From: the human T2T-CHM13v2.0 reference genome, Homo sapiens
Assembly: GCF_009914755.1 (NCBI RefSeq)
Contig: NC_060948.1
Strand: one strand, 5' to 3'
Length of the DNA stretch: 64,000 bases
The first letter of the stretch is position 1. The number at the start of each line of letters is the position of its first letter. This document shows positions 27,901 to 42,100 of the stretch, in pieces. The notes under the pieces were generated by a model. The model worked only from the letters and a program-made list of their open reading frames with translations. It was not told where the DNA came from and did not search any database. The translations under genes were made by a program, and so were the position numbers.

Positions 27901-30900
27901 TGGAATGGAATTGACTCAAATGGAATGGACTAGAATGGAATGGATTCGAATGGAAGGCAAAGGAATGGAATCTATTGGAATGGACTGTAATGGAATGGAA
28001 TGGAAGGGATTGGAATGGACTCGAATGGAATGGACTGCAATAGAAAGGATTCGAATGGAATGAAAAAGAATTGAATGGAATAGAACAGAATGGAATCAAA
28101 TCGAATGAAATGGAATGGAATAGAAAGGAATGGAATGAAATGGAATGGAAAGGATTCGAATGGAATGCAATCGAATGGAATGGAATCGAACGGAATGGAA
28201 TAAAATGGAAGAAAACTGGCAAGAAATGGAATCGAAATGAATGGAGTGTTATGGAACGGACTCAAAAGGAATTGAATGTAATAGAATGGAGTGGAGTGGA
28301 CTCGAATATAATGGACTGGAATGGAATGAAATCACATGGAATGGGAACGAATGGAATGGAATGGAAAGGAATGGAATCGAATGGAAAGGAATCGAATGGA
28401 AGGGAATGAAATTGAATCAACAGGAATGGAAGGGAATAGAATAGACGGTAATGGAATGGACTCGAATAGAATGGACACGAATGCTCAAATTGAATGGACT
28501 CGAATGGAATGGAAACGAAAGGAATGTCATCGAATGGAATTGAATCGATTGGAATGAAATCGCATAGAATGGAGTGGAATCAAATGGAATTGAATCGAAA
28601 GGAAAGGAAGCGAATGGACTGAAATGAAATGGAATGGAATTGAATGGAAAGTAATGCAATGGAATAGAATGGAACGAAATTTCAAGGAATGGAATCAAAC
28701 TGAATGGAATCAAATCAATGGAATCTAATCAAATGGAATGGAAAGGAATTGAATGGAGTAGATTGGATTGGATGGGATTGGAATGAAATGTACTGGAAAG
28801 GACTCGAATTTCATGAAACGGAATGGAATGAATTGGAACGGAATGGACTCGAATGGAATGGAATGTCATGGAATGGCATCAAATGGAATGGCATCAAATG
28901 GAATGGAATCGAATGCAATGGAATGCTATGGAATGGAATGGAATGCATTGGAATGGAATGTCCTCTAATGGAATGGATTCGAGTGGAATGGAATCGAATA
29001 TAATGGAGTCGAATGAAATGGAATTGAAAGGAATGGGATCGAATAGAATGGAATATACTGAAATGTAATGTAATGAACTCGAATATAATTGACTGGAATG
29101 GAATGTACATGAATGGAATGTAATCGAATGGAAAGTAATCCAATGGAATAGAATCTAATGCAATATAACCGACTCAGATAGAGTAGAATGTAATGGAATG
29201 GAGTGCAGTGCAATGGAATGGAATGGAATTGAATGCAATGGAATGGAATGGAATGGAATGGAATGGAATGGAATGGAATGGAATGGGATGGAATGGTATG
29301 GAATGGATAGTAATGGACTGGAGTGAAATGGACTGGAAAGGAATGGACTCAAATTGAAAGGGCTCGAAAGGAATGGAGTCAAATGGAATGGTCTGGAATG
29401 GAATGAACACGAGTGTAATGCAATCCAATAGAATGGAAACGAATGACATGGAATATAAAGAAATGGAATCGAAGAGAATGGAAACAAATGGAATGGAATT
29501 GAATGGAATGGAATTGAATGGAATGGGAACGAATGGAGTGAAATTGTATGCAGTAGAAGGGAATAGAATGGAATGCAAGCGAAAGGAAAGGAATGGATTG
29601 GAATGGAATGGAATTCATTGGAATGGAAGGGAATGTAGTGTAATGGACAGGCCTGGAATAAAGTGGAATGCTACGGTCTCGAATGGAATAAAAATGTATG
29701 GAATGGAATGCAATGAAACGGAATCGAATGTCATAGAATGTAATGGAATGCAACAAAATGGAATCCAAAATCATTGACTGGAAAGGCTGGGTGTCGAAAG
29801 GAATTGACTCCAATGGAATGGAATCGAATGGAATGGAAGTGAATAGAATGGAACTAAATCGAATGGAATGGAATTGATAGGAACGGAATGGAAAGGAATG
29901 CAATGATTTGGCATGGAATGGAATCGAATGGCATCGAATGGAATGGAATGGAATGCAATGGAATGGAATGTATTAGAATGTAATGAACTTTAATGGAATG
30001 TACTCGAATGGATTCGACTGGAATGGAATGTTCTGGAAGTGAATGGACTCCAATGGAATGGATTCAAAGGAATGGAATCGTACGGAATGGAATCTAATGG
30101 AATGGAATTAAATGGAAATGAATCAAATTGAATAGCACGGAATTGAATTGAATGGAATCGAATGCAATGGAATCTAATGAAACGGAAAGGAAAGGAATGC
30201 AATGGAATGGAATGGGCTGGAATGGAAAGGAATCGAAACGAATGGAATGGAATCGAACTGAAGAGACTGGAATGGAATGCACTGGAATGGAAGGGAGTGT
30301 AATGGAAGGTTCTCGAAAAAAATGGAATCGAATGGAATGGAATTGAATGGAACGGAATAGAGTCGAATGGAATTGAATGGAATGGAATGGACTAGAGTGA
30401 AATGGAATCGAACCACAAGGAATGGAGAGGAATAGAATGGTCTCGAATTGAATGGAATCGTATGGAATGGCATCAAACGGAATGGAATGGACAGCCACGG
30501 AATGGAATGCACTCGAATGCAATGGAGTCGAAACTAATGGACTGGAATAGAATGGACTCGACTGGTACGGACTCCAATGGAAGGGAATCGAATGGAAGGG
30601 AATCGAACGGAATGGACTCGAAGGGAAAAGACTGCAATGGAAAGGTCTCCAATGGAATGGAAATTAATGGAATGGAATGGAATCGAATGAAATGGAGTCA
30701 AAAGGAATGGAATCGAATGGCAAGAAATCGAATGTAATGGAATCGCAAGGAATTGATGTGAGCGGAACGGAATGGAATGGAATCCAAAGGAATGGAATAG
30801 AATGGAATGGAATCGAATGGAAAGGACTCGAATGGAAATCACTGGAATAGAATGCAATTTAATAAAATAGGATCAAATGTAATGGAATGGAATGGAAAGG

Positions 30901-33900
30901 AATCGAAACGAAAGGAATGGAGACAGATGGAATGGAATAGAACAGAGAGCAATGGTATAGAATGGAATGGAATCATCTGGAATGGAATTGAATGGAATGG
31001 AATAATATGAAATGGAATGGAATGGAATGGAATGGAATGCCCTTGAATTAAATGGACTGGAATGGAATGGACTCGAACAGAGTGGAATGGAAAGTGTTGA
31101 GATAGAATGGAATGGACTCGTTTGGAATGGTCTAGTATGCAATGCAATCGACTGGCAGGGAATCAAAAGGAATGTAATCGAATGGATTGGACTGGAATGC
31201 AATGGACTCGAATAGATTGCAAACGGAATGCAAAGGAATGGAATGGAATAGTATGGAATGGAATGGAAAGGAATGGAGTGGAATAGACTAGAGTGGAATG
31301 GAATGGACTGGAAAGCAATGGACTGGAATGGAACTTTCTTGAATGGACTGGAATCAAACGGAATGGAATGCAATGCAATCAAATGGCATGGAATAAAATA
31401 GAATGAAAGAGAATCAAATGGAATTGAATCGAATGGAATCGAATGGATTGGAAAGGAATAGAATGGAATGGAATGGAATGGACTAGAATGGAATGGATTC
31501 GAATGGAAGGCAAAGGAATGGAATCTATTGGAATGGACTGTAATGGAATGGAATGGAAGGGATTGGAATGGACTCGAATGGAATGGACTGCAATAGAAAG
31601 GATTCGAATGGAATGAAAAAGAATTGAATGGAATAGAACAGAATGGAATCAAATCGAATGAAATGGAATGGAATAGAAAGGAATGGAATGAAATGGAATG
31701 GAAAGGATTCGAATGGAATGCAATCGAATGGAATGGAATCGAACGGAATGGAATAAAATGGAAGAAAACTGGCAAGAAATGGAATCAAAATGAATGGAGT
31801 GTTATGGAACGGACTCAAAAGGAATTGAATGTAATAGAATGGAGTGGAGTGGACTCGAATATAATGGACTGGAATGGAATGAAATCACATGGAATGGGAA
31901 CGAATGGAATGGAATGGAAAGGAATGGAATCGAATGGAAAGGAATCGAATGGAAGGGAATGAAATTGAATCAACAGGAATGGAAGGAAATAGAATAGACG
32001 GTAATGGAATGGACTCGAATAGAATGGACACGAATGCTCAAATTGAATGGACTCGAATGGAATGGAAACGAAAGGAATGTCATCGAATGGAATTGAATCG
32101 ATTGGAATGAAATCGCATAGAATGGAGTGGAATCAAATGGAATTGAATCGAAAGGAAAGGAAGCGAATGGACTGAAATGAAATGGAATGGAATTGAATGG
32201 AAAGTAATGCAATGGAATAGAATGGAACGAAATTTCACGGAATGGAATCAAACTGAATGGAATCAAATCAATGGAATCTAATCAAATGGAATGGAAAGGA
32301 ATTGAATGGAGTAGATTGGATTGGATGGGATTGGAATGAAATGTACTGGAAAGGACTCGAATTTCATGAAACGGAATGGAATGAATTGGAACGGAATGGA
32401 CTCGAATGGAATGGAATGTCATGGAATGGCATCAAATGGAATGGCATCAAACGGAATGGAATCGAATGCAATGGAATGCTATGGAATGGAATGGAATGCA
32501 TTGGAATGGAATGTCCTCTAATGGAATGGATTCGAGTGGAATGGAATCGAATATAATGGAGTCGAATGAAATGGAATTGAAAGGAATGGGATCGAATAGA
32601 ATGGAATATACTGAAATGTAATGTAATGAACTCGAATATAATTGACTGGAATGGAATGTACATGAATGGAATGTAATCGAATGGAAAGTAATCCAATGGA
32701 ATAGAATCTAATGCAATAAAACCGACTCAGATAGAGTAGAATGTAATGGAATGGAGTGCAGTGCAATGGAATGGAATGGAATTGAATGCAATGGAATGGA
32801 ATGGAATGGAATGGAATGGAATGGAATGGAATGGAATGGGATGGAATGGTATGGAATGGATAGTAATGGACTGGAGTGAAATGGACTGGAAAGGAATGGA
32901 CTCAAATTGAAAGGGCTCGAAAGGAATGGAGTCAAATGGAATGGTCTGGAATGGAATGAACACGAGTGTAATGCAATCCAATAGAATGGAAACGAATGAC
33001 ATGGAATATAAAGAAATGGAATCGAAGAGAATGGAAACAAATGGAATGGAATTGAATGGAATGGAATTGAATGGAATGGGAACGAATGGAGTGAAATTGT
33101 ATGCAGTAGAAGGGAATAGAATGGAATGCAAGCGAAAGGAAAGGAATGGATTGGAATGGAATGGAATTCATTGGAATGGAAGGGAATGTAGTGTAATGGA
33201 CAGGCCTGGAATAAAGTGGAATGCTACGGTCTCGAATGGAATAAAAATGTATGGAATGGAATGCAATGAAACGGAATCGAATGTCATAGAATGTAATGGA
33301 ATGCAACAAAATGGAATCCAAAATCATTGACTGGAAAGGCTGGGTGTCGAAAGGAATTGACTCCAATGGAATGGAATCGAATGGAATGGAAGTGAATAGA
33401 ATGGAACTAAATCGAATGGAATGGAATTGATAGGAACGGAATGGAAAGGAATGCAATGATTTGGCATGGAATGGAATCGAATGGCATCGAATGGAATGGA
33501 ATGGAATGCAATGGAATGGAATGTATTAGAATGTAATGAACTTTAATGGAATGTACTCGAATGGATTCGACTGGAATGGAATGTTCTGGAAGTGAATGGA
33601 CTCCAATGGAATGGATTCCAAAGGAATGGAATCGTACGGAATGGAATCTAATGGAATGGAATTAAATGGAAATGAATCAAATTGAATAGCACGGAATTGA
33701 ATTGAATGGAATGGAATGCAATGGAATCTAATGAAACGGAAAGGAAAGGAATGCAATGGAATGGAATGGGCTGGAATGGAAAGGAATCGAAACGAATGGA
33801 ATGGAATCGAACTGAAGAGACTGGAATGGAATGCACTGGAATGGAAGGGAGTGTAATGGAAGGTTCTCGAAAAAAATGGAATCGAATGGAATGGAATTGA

Positions 33901-35597
33901 ATGGAACGGAATAGAGTCGAATGGAATTGAATGGAATGGAATGGACTAGAGTGAAATGGAATCGAACCACAAGGAATGGAGAGGAATAGAATGGTCTCGA
34001 ATTGAATGGAATCGTATGGAATGGCATCAAACGGAATGGAATGGACAGCCACGGAATGGAATGCACTCGAATGCAATGGAGTCGAAACTAATGGACTGGA
34101 ATAGAATGGACTCGACTGGTACGGACTCCAATGGAAGGGAATCGAATGGAAGGGAATCGAACGGAATGGACTCGAAGGGAAAAGACTGCAATGGAAAGGT
34201 CTCGAATGGAATGGAAATTAATGGAATGGAATGGAATCGAATGAAATGGAGTCAAAAGGAATGGAATCGAATGGCAAGAAATCGAATGTAATGGAATCGC
34301 AAGGAATTGATGTGAACGGAACGGAATGGAATGGAATCCAAAGGAATGGAATAGAATGGAATGGAATCGAATGGAAAGGACTCGAATGGAAATCACTGGA
34401 ATAGAATGCAATTTAATAAAATAGGATCAAATGTAATGGAATGGAATGGAAAGGAATCGAAACGAAAGGAATGGAGACAGATGGAATGGAATAGAACAGA
34501 GAGCAATGGTATAGAATGGAATGGAATCATCTGGAATGGAATTGAATGGAATGGAATAATATGAAATGGAATGGAATGGAATGGAATGGAATGCCCTTGA
34601 ATTAAATGGACTGGAATGGAATGGACTCGAACAGAGTGGAATGGAAAGTGTTGAGATAGAATGGAATGGACTCGTTTGGAATGGTCTAGTATGCAATGCA
34701 ATCGACTGGCAGGGAATCAAAAGGAATGTAATCGAATGGATTGGACTGGAATGCAATGGACTCGAATAGATTGCAAACGGAATGCAAAGGAATGGAATGG
34801 AATAGTATGGAATGGAATGGAAAGGAATGGAGTGGAATAGACTAGAGTGGAATGGAATGGACTGGAAAGCAATGGACTGGAATGGAACTTTCTTGAATGG
34901 ACTGGAATCAAACGGAATGGAATGCAATGCAATCAAATGGCATGGAATAAAATAGAATGAAAGAGAATCAAATGGAATTGAATCGAATGGAATCGAATGG
35001 ATTGGAAAGGAATAGAATGGAATGGAATGGAATTGACTCAAATGGAATGGACTAGAATGGAATGGATTCGAATGGAAGGCAAAGGAATGGAATCTATTGG
35101 AATGGACTGTAATGGAATGGAATGGAAGGGATTGGAATGGACTCGAATGGAATGGACTGCAATAGAAAGGATTCGAATGGAATGAAAAAGAATTGAATGG
35201 AATAGAACAGAATGGAATCAAATCGAATGAAATGGAATGGAATAGAAAGGAATGGAATGAAATGGAATGGAAAGGATTCGAATGGAATGCAATCGAATGG
35301 AATGGAATCGAACGGAATGGAATAAAATGGAAGAAAACTGGCAAGAAATGGAATCGAAATGAATGGAGTGTTATGGAACGGACTCAAAAGGAATTGAATG
35401 TAATAGAATGGAGTGGAGTGGACTCGAATATAATGGACTGGAATGGAATGAAATCACATGGAATGGGAACGAATGGAATGGAATGGAAAGGAATGGAATC
35501 GAATGGAAAGGAATCGAATGGAAGGGAATGAAATTGAATCAACAGGAATGGAAGGGAATAGAATAGACGGTAATGGAATGGACTCGAATAGAATGGA
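24907..35597 (+). repeat. DYZ1 units 8-10 (3569, 3553, 3569 bp; type B), second copy of the 3-unit block
   Basis: Landmarks at 24907, 28476, 32029; same order of private variants as units 5-7. Confidence 0.9.
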
Positions 35598-38500
35598 CAC
35601 GAATGCTCAAATTGAATGGACTCGAATGGAATGGAAACGAAAGGAATGTCATCGAATGGAATTGAATCGATTGGAATGAAATCGCATAGAATGGAGTGGA
35701 ATCAAATGGAATTGAATCGAAAGGAAAGGAAGCGAATGGACTGAAATGAAATGGAATGGAATTGAATGGAAAGTAATGCAATGGAATAGAATGGAACGAA
35801 ATTTCACGGAATGGAATCAAACTGAATGGAATCAAATCAATGGAATCTAATCAAATGGAATGGAAAGGAATTGAATGGAGTAGATTGGATTGGATGGGAT
35901 TGGAATGAAATGTACTGGAAAGGACTCGAATTTCATGAAACGGAATGGAATGAATTGGAACGGAATGGACTCGAATGGAATGGAATGTCATGGAATGGCA
36001 TCAAATGGAATGGCATCAAATGGAATGGAATCGAATGCAATGGAATGCTATGGAATGGAATGGAATGCATTGGAATGGAATGTCCTCTAATGGAATGGAT
36101 TCGAGTGGAATGGAATCGAATATAATGGAGTCGAATGAAATGGAATTGAAAGGAATGGGATCGAATAGAATGGAATATACTGAAATGTAATGTAATGAAC
36201 TCGAATATAATTGACTGGAATGGAATGTACATGAATGGAATGTAATCGAATGGAAAGTAATCCAATGGAATAGAATCTAATGCAATAAAACCGACTCAGA
36301 TAGAGTAGAATGTAATGGAATGGAGTGCAGTGCAATGGAATGGAATGGAATTGAATGCAATGGAATGGAATGGAATGGAATGGAATGGAATGGAATAGAA
36401 TGGAATGGAATGGAATGGGATGGAATGGTATGGAATGGATAGTAATGGACTGGAGTGAAATGGACTGGAAAGGAATGGACTCAAATTGAAAGGGCTCGAA
36501 AGGAATGGAGTCAAATGGAATGGTCTGGAATGGAATGAACACGAGTGTAATGCAATCCAATAGAATGGAAACGAATGACATGGAATATAAAGAAATGGAA
36601 TCGAAGAGAATGGAAACAAATGGAATGGAATTGAATGGAATGGAATTGAATGGAATGGGAACGAATGGAGTGAAATTGTATGCAGTAGAAGGGAATAGAA
36701 TGGAATGCAAGCGAAAGGAAAGGAATGGATTGGAATGGAATGGAATTCATTGGAATGGAAGGGAATGTAGTGTAATGGACAGGCCTGGAATAAAGTGGAA
36801 TGCTACGGTCTCGAATGGAATAAAAATGTATGGAATGGAATGCAATGAAACGGAATCGAATGTCATAGAATGTAATGGAATGCAAAAAAATGGAATCCAA
36901 AATCATTGACTGGAAAGGCTGGGTGTCGAAAGGAATTGACTCCAATGGAATGGAATCGAATGGAATGGAAGTGAATAGAATCGAACTAAATCGAATGGAA
37001 TGGAATTGATAGGAACGGAATGGAAAGGAATGCAATGATTTGGCATGGAATGGAATCGAATGGCATCGAATGGAATGGAATGGAATGCAATGGAATGGAA
37101 TGTATTAGAATGTAATGAACTTTAATGGAATGTACTCGAATGGATTCGACTGGAATGGAATGTTCTGGAAGTGAATGGACTCCAATGGAATGGATTCCAA
37201 AGGAATGAAATCGTACGGAATGGAATCTAATGGAATGGAATTAAATGGAAATGAATCAAATTGAATAGCACGGAATTGAATTGAATGGAATCGAATGCAA
37301 TGGAATCTAATGAAACGGAAAGGAAAGGAATGCAATGGAATGGAATGGGCTGGAATGGAAAGGAATCGAAACGAATGGAATGGAATCGAACTGAAGAGAC
37401 TGGAATGGAATGCACTGGAATGGAAGGGAGTGTAATGGAAGGTTCTCGAAAAAAATGGAATCGAATGGAATGGAATTGAATGGAACGGAATAGAGTCGAA
37501 TGGAATTGAATGGAATGGAATGGACTAGAGTGAAATGGAATCGAACCACAAGGAATGGACAGGAATAGAATGGTCTCGAATTGAATGGAATCGTATGGAA
37601 TGGCATCAAACGGAATGTAATGGACAGCCACGGAATGGAATGCACTCGAATGCAATGGAGTCGAAACTAATGGACTGGAATAGAATGGACTCGACTGGTA
37701 CGGACTCCAATGGAAGGGAATCGAATGGAAGGGAATCGAACGGAATGGACTCGAAGGGAAAAGACTGCAATGGAAAGGTCTGGAATGGAATGGAAATTAA
37801 TGGAATGGAATGGAATCGAATGAAATGGAGTCAAAAGGAATGGAATCGAATGGCAAGAAATCGAATGTAATGGAATCGCAAGGAATTGATGTGAACGGAA
37901 GGGAATGGAATGGAATCCAAAGGAATGGAATAGAATGGAATGGAATCGAATGGAAAGGACTCGAATGGAAATCACTGGAATAGAATGCAATTTAATAAAA
38001 TAGGATCAAATGTAATGGAATGGAATGGAAAGGAATCGAAACGAAAGGAATGGAGACAGATGGAATGGAATAGAACAGAGAGCAATGGTATAGAATCGAA
38101 TGGAATCATCTGGAATGGAATTGAATGGAATGGAATAATATGAAATGGAATGGAATGGAATGGAATGGAATGCCCTTGAATTAAATGGACTGGAATGGAA
38201 TGGACTCGAACAGAGTGGAATGGAAAGTGTTGAGATAGAATGGAATGGACTCGTTTGGAATGGTCTAGTATGCAATGCAATCGACTGGCAGGGAATCAAA
38301 AGGAATGTAATCGAATGGATTGGACTGGAATGCAATGGACTTGAAGAGATTGCAAACGGAATGCAAAGGAATGGAATGGAATAGTATGGAATGGAATGGA
38401 AAGGAATGGAGTGGAATAGACTAGAGTGGAATGGAATGGACTGGAAAGCAATGGACTGGAATGGAACTTTCTTGAATGGACTGGAATCAAACGGAATGGA

Positions 38501-39176
38501 ATGCAATGCAATCAAATGGCATGGAATAAAATAGAATGAAAGAGAATCAAATGGAATTGAATCGAATGGAATCGAATGGATTGGAAAGGAATAGAATGGA
38601 ATGGAATGGAATTGACTCAAATGGAATGGACTAGAATGGAATGGATTCGAATGGAAGGCAAAGGAATGGAATCTATTGGAATGTACTGTAATGGAATGGA
38701 ATGGAAGGGATTGGAATGGACTCGAATGGAATGGACTGCAATAGAAAGGATTCGAATGGAATGAAAAAGAATTGAATGGAATAGAACAGAATGGAATCAA
38801 ATCGAATGAAATGGAATGGAATAGAAAGGAATGGAATGAAATGGAATGGAAAGGATTCGAATGGAATGCAATCGAATGGAATGGAATCGAACGGAATGGA
38901 ATAAAATGGAAGAAAACTGGCAAGAAATGGAATCGAAATGAATGGAGTGTTATGGAACGGACTCAAAAGGAATTGAATGTAATAGAATGGAGTGGAGTGG
39001 ACTCGAATATAATGGACTGGAATGGAATGAAATCACATGGAATGGGAACGAATGGAATGGAAGGGAAAGGAATGGAATCGAATGGAAAGGAATCGAATGG
39101 AAGGGAATGAAATTGAATCAACAGGAATGGAAGGGAATAGAATAGACGGTAATGGAATGGACTCGAATTGAATGGA
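35598..39176 (+). repeat. DYZ1 unit 11 (3579 bp, type B, mosaic)
   Basis: Landmark spacing; type-B backbone with alleles shared with several other units. Confidence 0.88.
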
Positions 39177-42100
39177 CACGAATGCTCAAATTGAATGGAC
39201 TCGAATGGAATGGAAACGAAAGGAATGTCATCGAATGGAATTGAATCGATTGGAATGAAATCACATAGAATGGAGTGGAATCAAATGGAATTGAATCGAA
39301 AGGAAAGGAAGCGAATGGACTGAAATGAAATGGAATGGAATTGAATGGAAAGTAATGCAATGGAATAGAATGGAACGAAATTTCACGGAATGGAATCAAA
39401 CTGAATGGAATCAAATCAATGGAATCTAATCAAATGGAATGGAAAGGAATTGAATGGAGTAGATTGGATTGGATGGGATTGGAATGAAATGTACTGGAAA
39501 GGACTCGAATTTCATGAAACGGAATGGAATGAATTGGAACGGAATGGACTCGAATGGAATGGAATGTCATGGAATGGCATCAAATGGAATGGAATCGAAT
39601 GCGATGGAATGCTATGGAATGGAATGGAATGCATTGGAATGGAATGTCCTCTAATGGAATGTATTCGAGTGGAATGGAATCGAATATAATGGAGTCTAAT
39701 GAAATGGAATTGAAAGGAATGGGACCGAATACAATGGAATATACTGGAATGTAATGTAATGAACTCGAATGTAATTGACTGGAATGGAATGTACATGAAT
39801 GGAATGTAATCGAATGGAAAGTAATCCAATGGAATAGAATCTAATGCAATAAAATCGACTCAGATAGAGTAGAATGTAATGGAAAGGAGTGCAGTGCAAT
39901 GGAATGGAATGGAATGGAATGCAATGGAATGCAATGGAATGGAATGGAATGGGATGGAATGGTGTGGAATGGATAGTAATGGACTGGAGTGAAATGGACT
40001 GGAAAGGAATGGACTCAAATTGAAAGGGCTCGAAAGGAATGGAGTCAAATGGAATGGTCTGGAATGGAATGAACACGAATGTAATGCAATCCAATAGAAT
40101 GGAATCGAATGGCATGGAATATAAAGAAATGGAATCGAAGAGAATGGAAACAAATGGAATGGAATTGAATGGAATGGAATTGAATGGAATGGGAACGAAT
40201 GGAGTGAAATTGTATGCAGTAGAAGAGAATAGAATGGAATGCAAGCGAAAGGAAAGGAATGGATTGGAATGGAATGGAATTCATTGGAATGGAAGGGAAT
40301 GTAGTGTAATGGACAGGCCTGGAATAAAGTGGAATGCTACGGTCTCGAATGGAATAAAAATGTATGGAATGGAATGCAATGAAACGGAATCGAATGTCAT
40401 AGAATGTAATGGAATGCAACAAAATGGAATCCAAAATCATTGACTGGAAAGGCTGGGTGTCGAAAGGAATTGACTCCAATGGAATGGAATCGAATGGAAT
40501 GGAAGTGAATAGAATCGAACTAAATCGAATGGAATGGAATTGATAGGAACGGAATGGAAAGGAATGCAATGATTTGGCATGGAATGGAATCGAATGGCAT
40601 CGAATGGAATGGAATGGAATGCAATGGAATGGAATGTATTAGAATGTAATTAACTTTAATGGTATGTACTCGAATGGATTCGACTGGAATGGAATGTTCT
40701 GGAAGTGAATGGATTCCAATGGAATGGATTCAAAAGGAATGGAATCGTACGGAATGGAATCTAATGGAATGGAATTAAATGGAAATGAATCAAATTGAAT
40801 AGCACGGAATTGAATTGAATGGAATCGAATGCAATGGAATCTAATGAAACGGAAAGGAAAGGAATGGAATGGAATGGAATGGGCTGGAATGGAAAGGAAT
40901 CGAAACGAATGGAATGGAATCGAACTGAAGAGACTGGAATGGAATGCACTGGAATGGAAGGGAGTGTAATGGAAGGTTCTCGAAAAAAATGGAATCGAAT
41001 GGAATGGAATTGAATGGAACGGAATAGAGTCGAATGGAATTGAATGGAATGGAATGGACTAGAGTGAAATGGAATCGAACCACAAGGAATGGACAGGAAT
41101 AGAATGGTCTCGAATTGAATGGAATCGTATGGAATGGCATCAAACGGAATGGAATGGACAGCCACGGAATGGAATGCACTCGAATGCAATGGAGTCGAAA
41201 CTAATGGACTGGAATAGAATGGACTCGACTGGTACGGACTCCAATGGAATGGAATCGAATGGAAGGGAATCGAACGGAATGGACTCGAAGGGAAAAGACT
41301 GCAATGGAAAGGTCTCGAATGGAATGGAAATTAATGGAATGGAATGGAATCGAATGAAATGGAGTCAAAAGGAATGGAATCGAATGGCAAGAAATCGAAT
41401 GTAATGGAATCGCAAGGAATTGATGTGAACGGAACGGAATGGAATGGAATCCAAAGGAATGGAATAGAATGGAATGGAATCGAATGGAAAGGACTCGAAT
41501 GGAAATCACTCGAATAGAATGCAATTTAATAAAATAGGATCAAATGTAATGGAATGGAATGGAAAGGAATCGAAACGAAAGGAATGGAGACAGATGGAAT
41601 GGAATGGAACAGAGAGCAATGGTATAGAATGGAATGGAATCATCTGGAATGGAATTGAATGGAATGGAATAACATGAAATGGACTGGAATGGAATGGAAT
41701 GCCCTTGAATTAAATGGACTGGAATGGAATGGACTCGAACAGAGTGGAATGGAAAGTGTTGAAATAGAATGGAATGGACTGGTTTGGAATGGTCTAGTAT
41801 GCAATGCAATCGACTGGCAGGGAATCAAAAGGAATGTAAACGAATGGATTGGACTGGAACGCAATGGACTCGAATAGATTGGAAACGGAATGCAAAGGAA
41901 TGGAATGGAATAGTATGGAATGGAATGGAAAGGAATGGAGTGGAATAGACTAGAGTGGAATGGAATGGACTCGAAAGCAATGGACTGGAATGGAACTTTC
42001 TTGAATGGACTGGAATCAAACGGAATGGAATGCAATGCAATCAAATGGCATGGAATAAAATAGAATGAAAGAGAATCAAATGGAATTGAATCGAATGGAA

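Noticed and set aside
7110-39175. GGACTCGAATTGAATGG variant near both type A/B switch zones (~7115 and ~39165)
   Set aside because: The two substitutions are at non-equivalent unit positions, so they are not a target-site duplication or shared allele.
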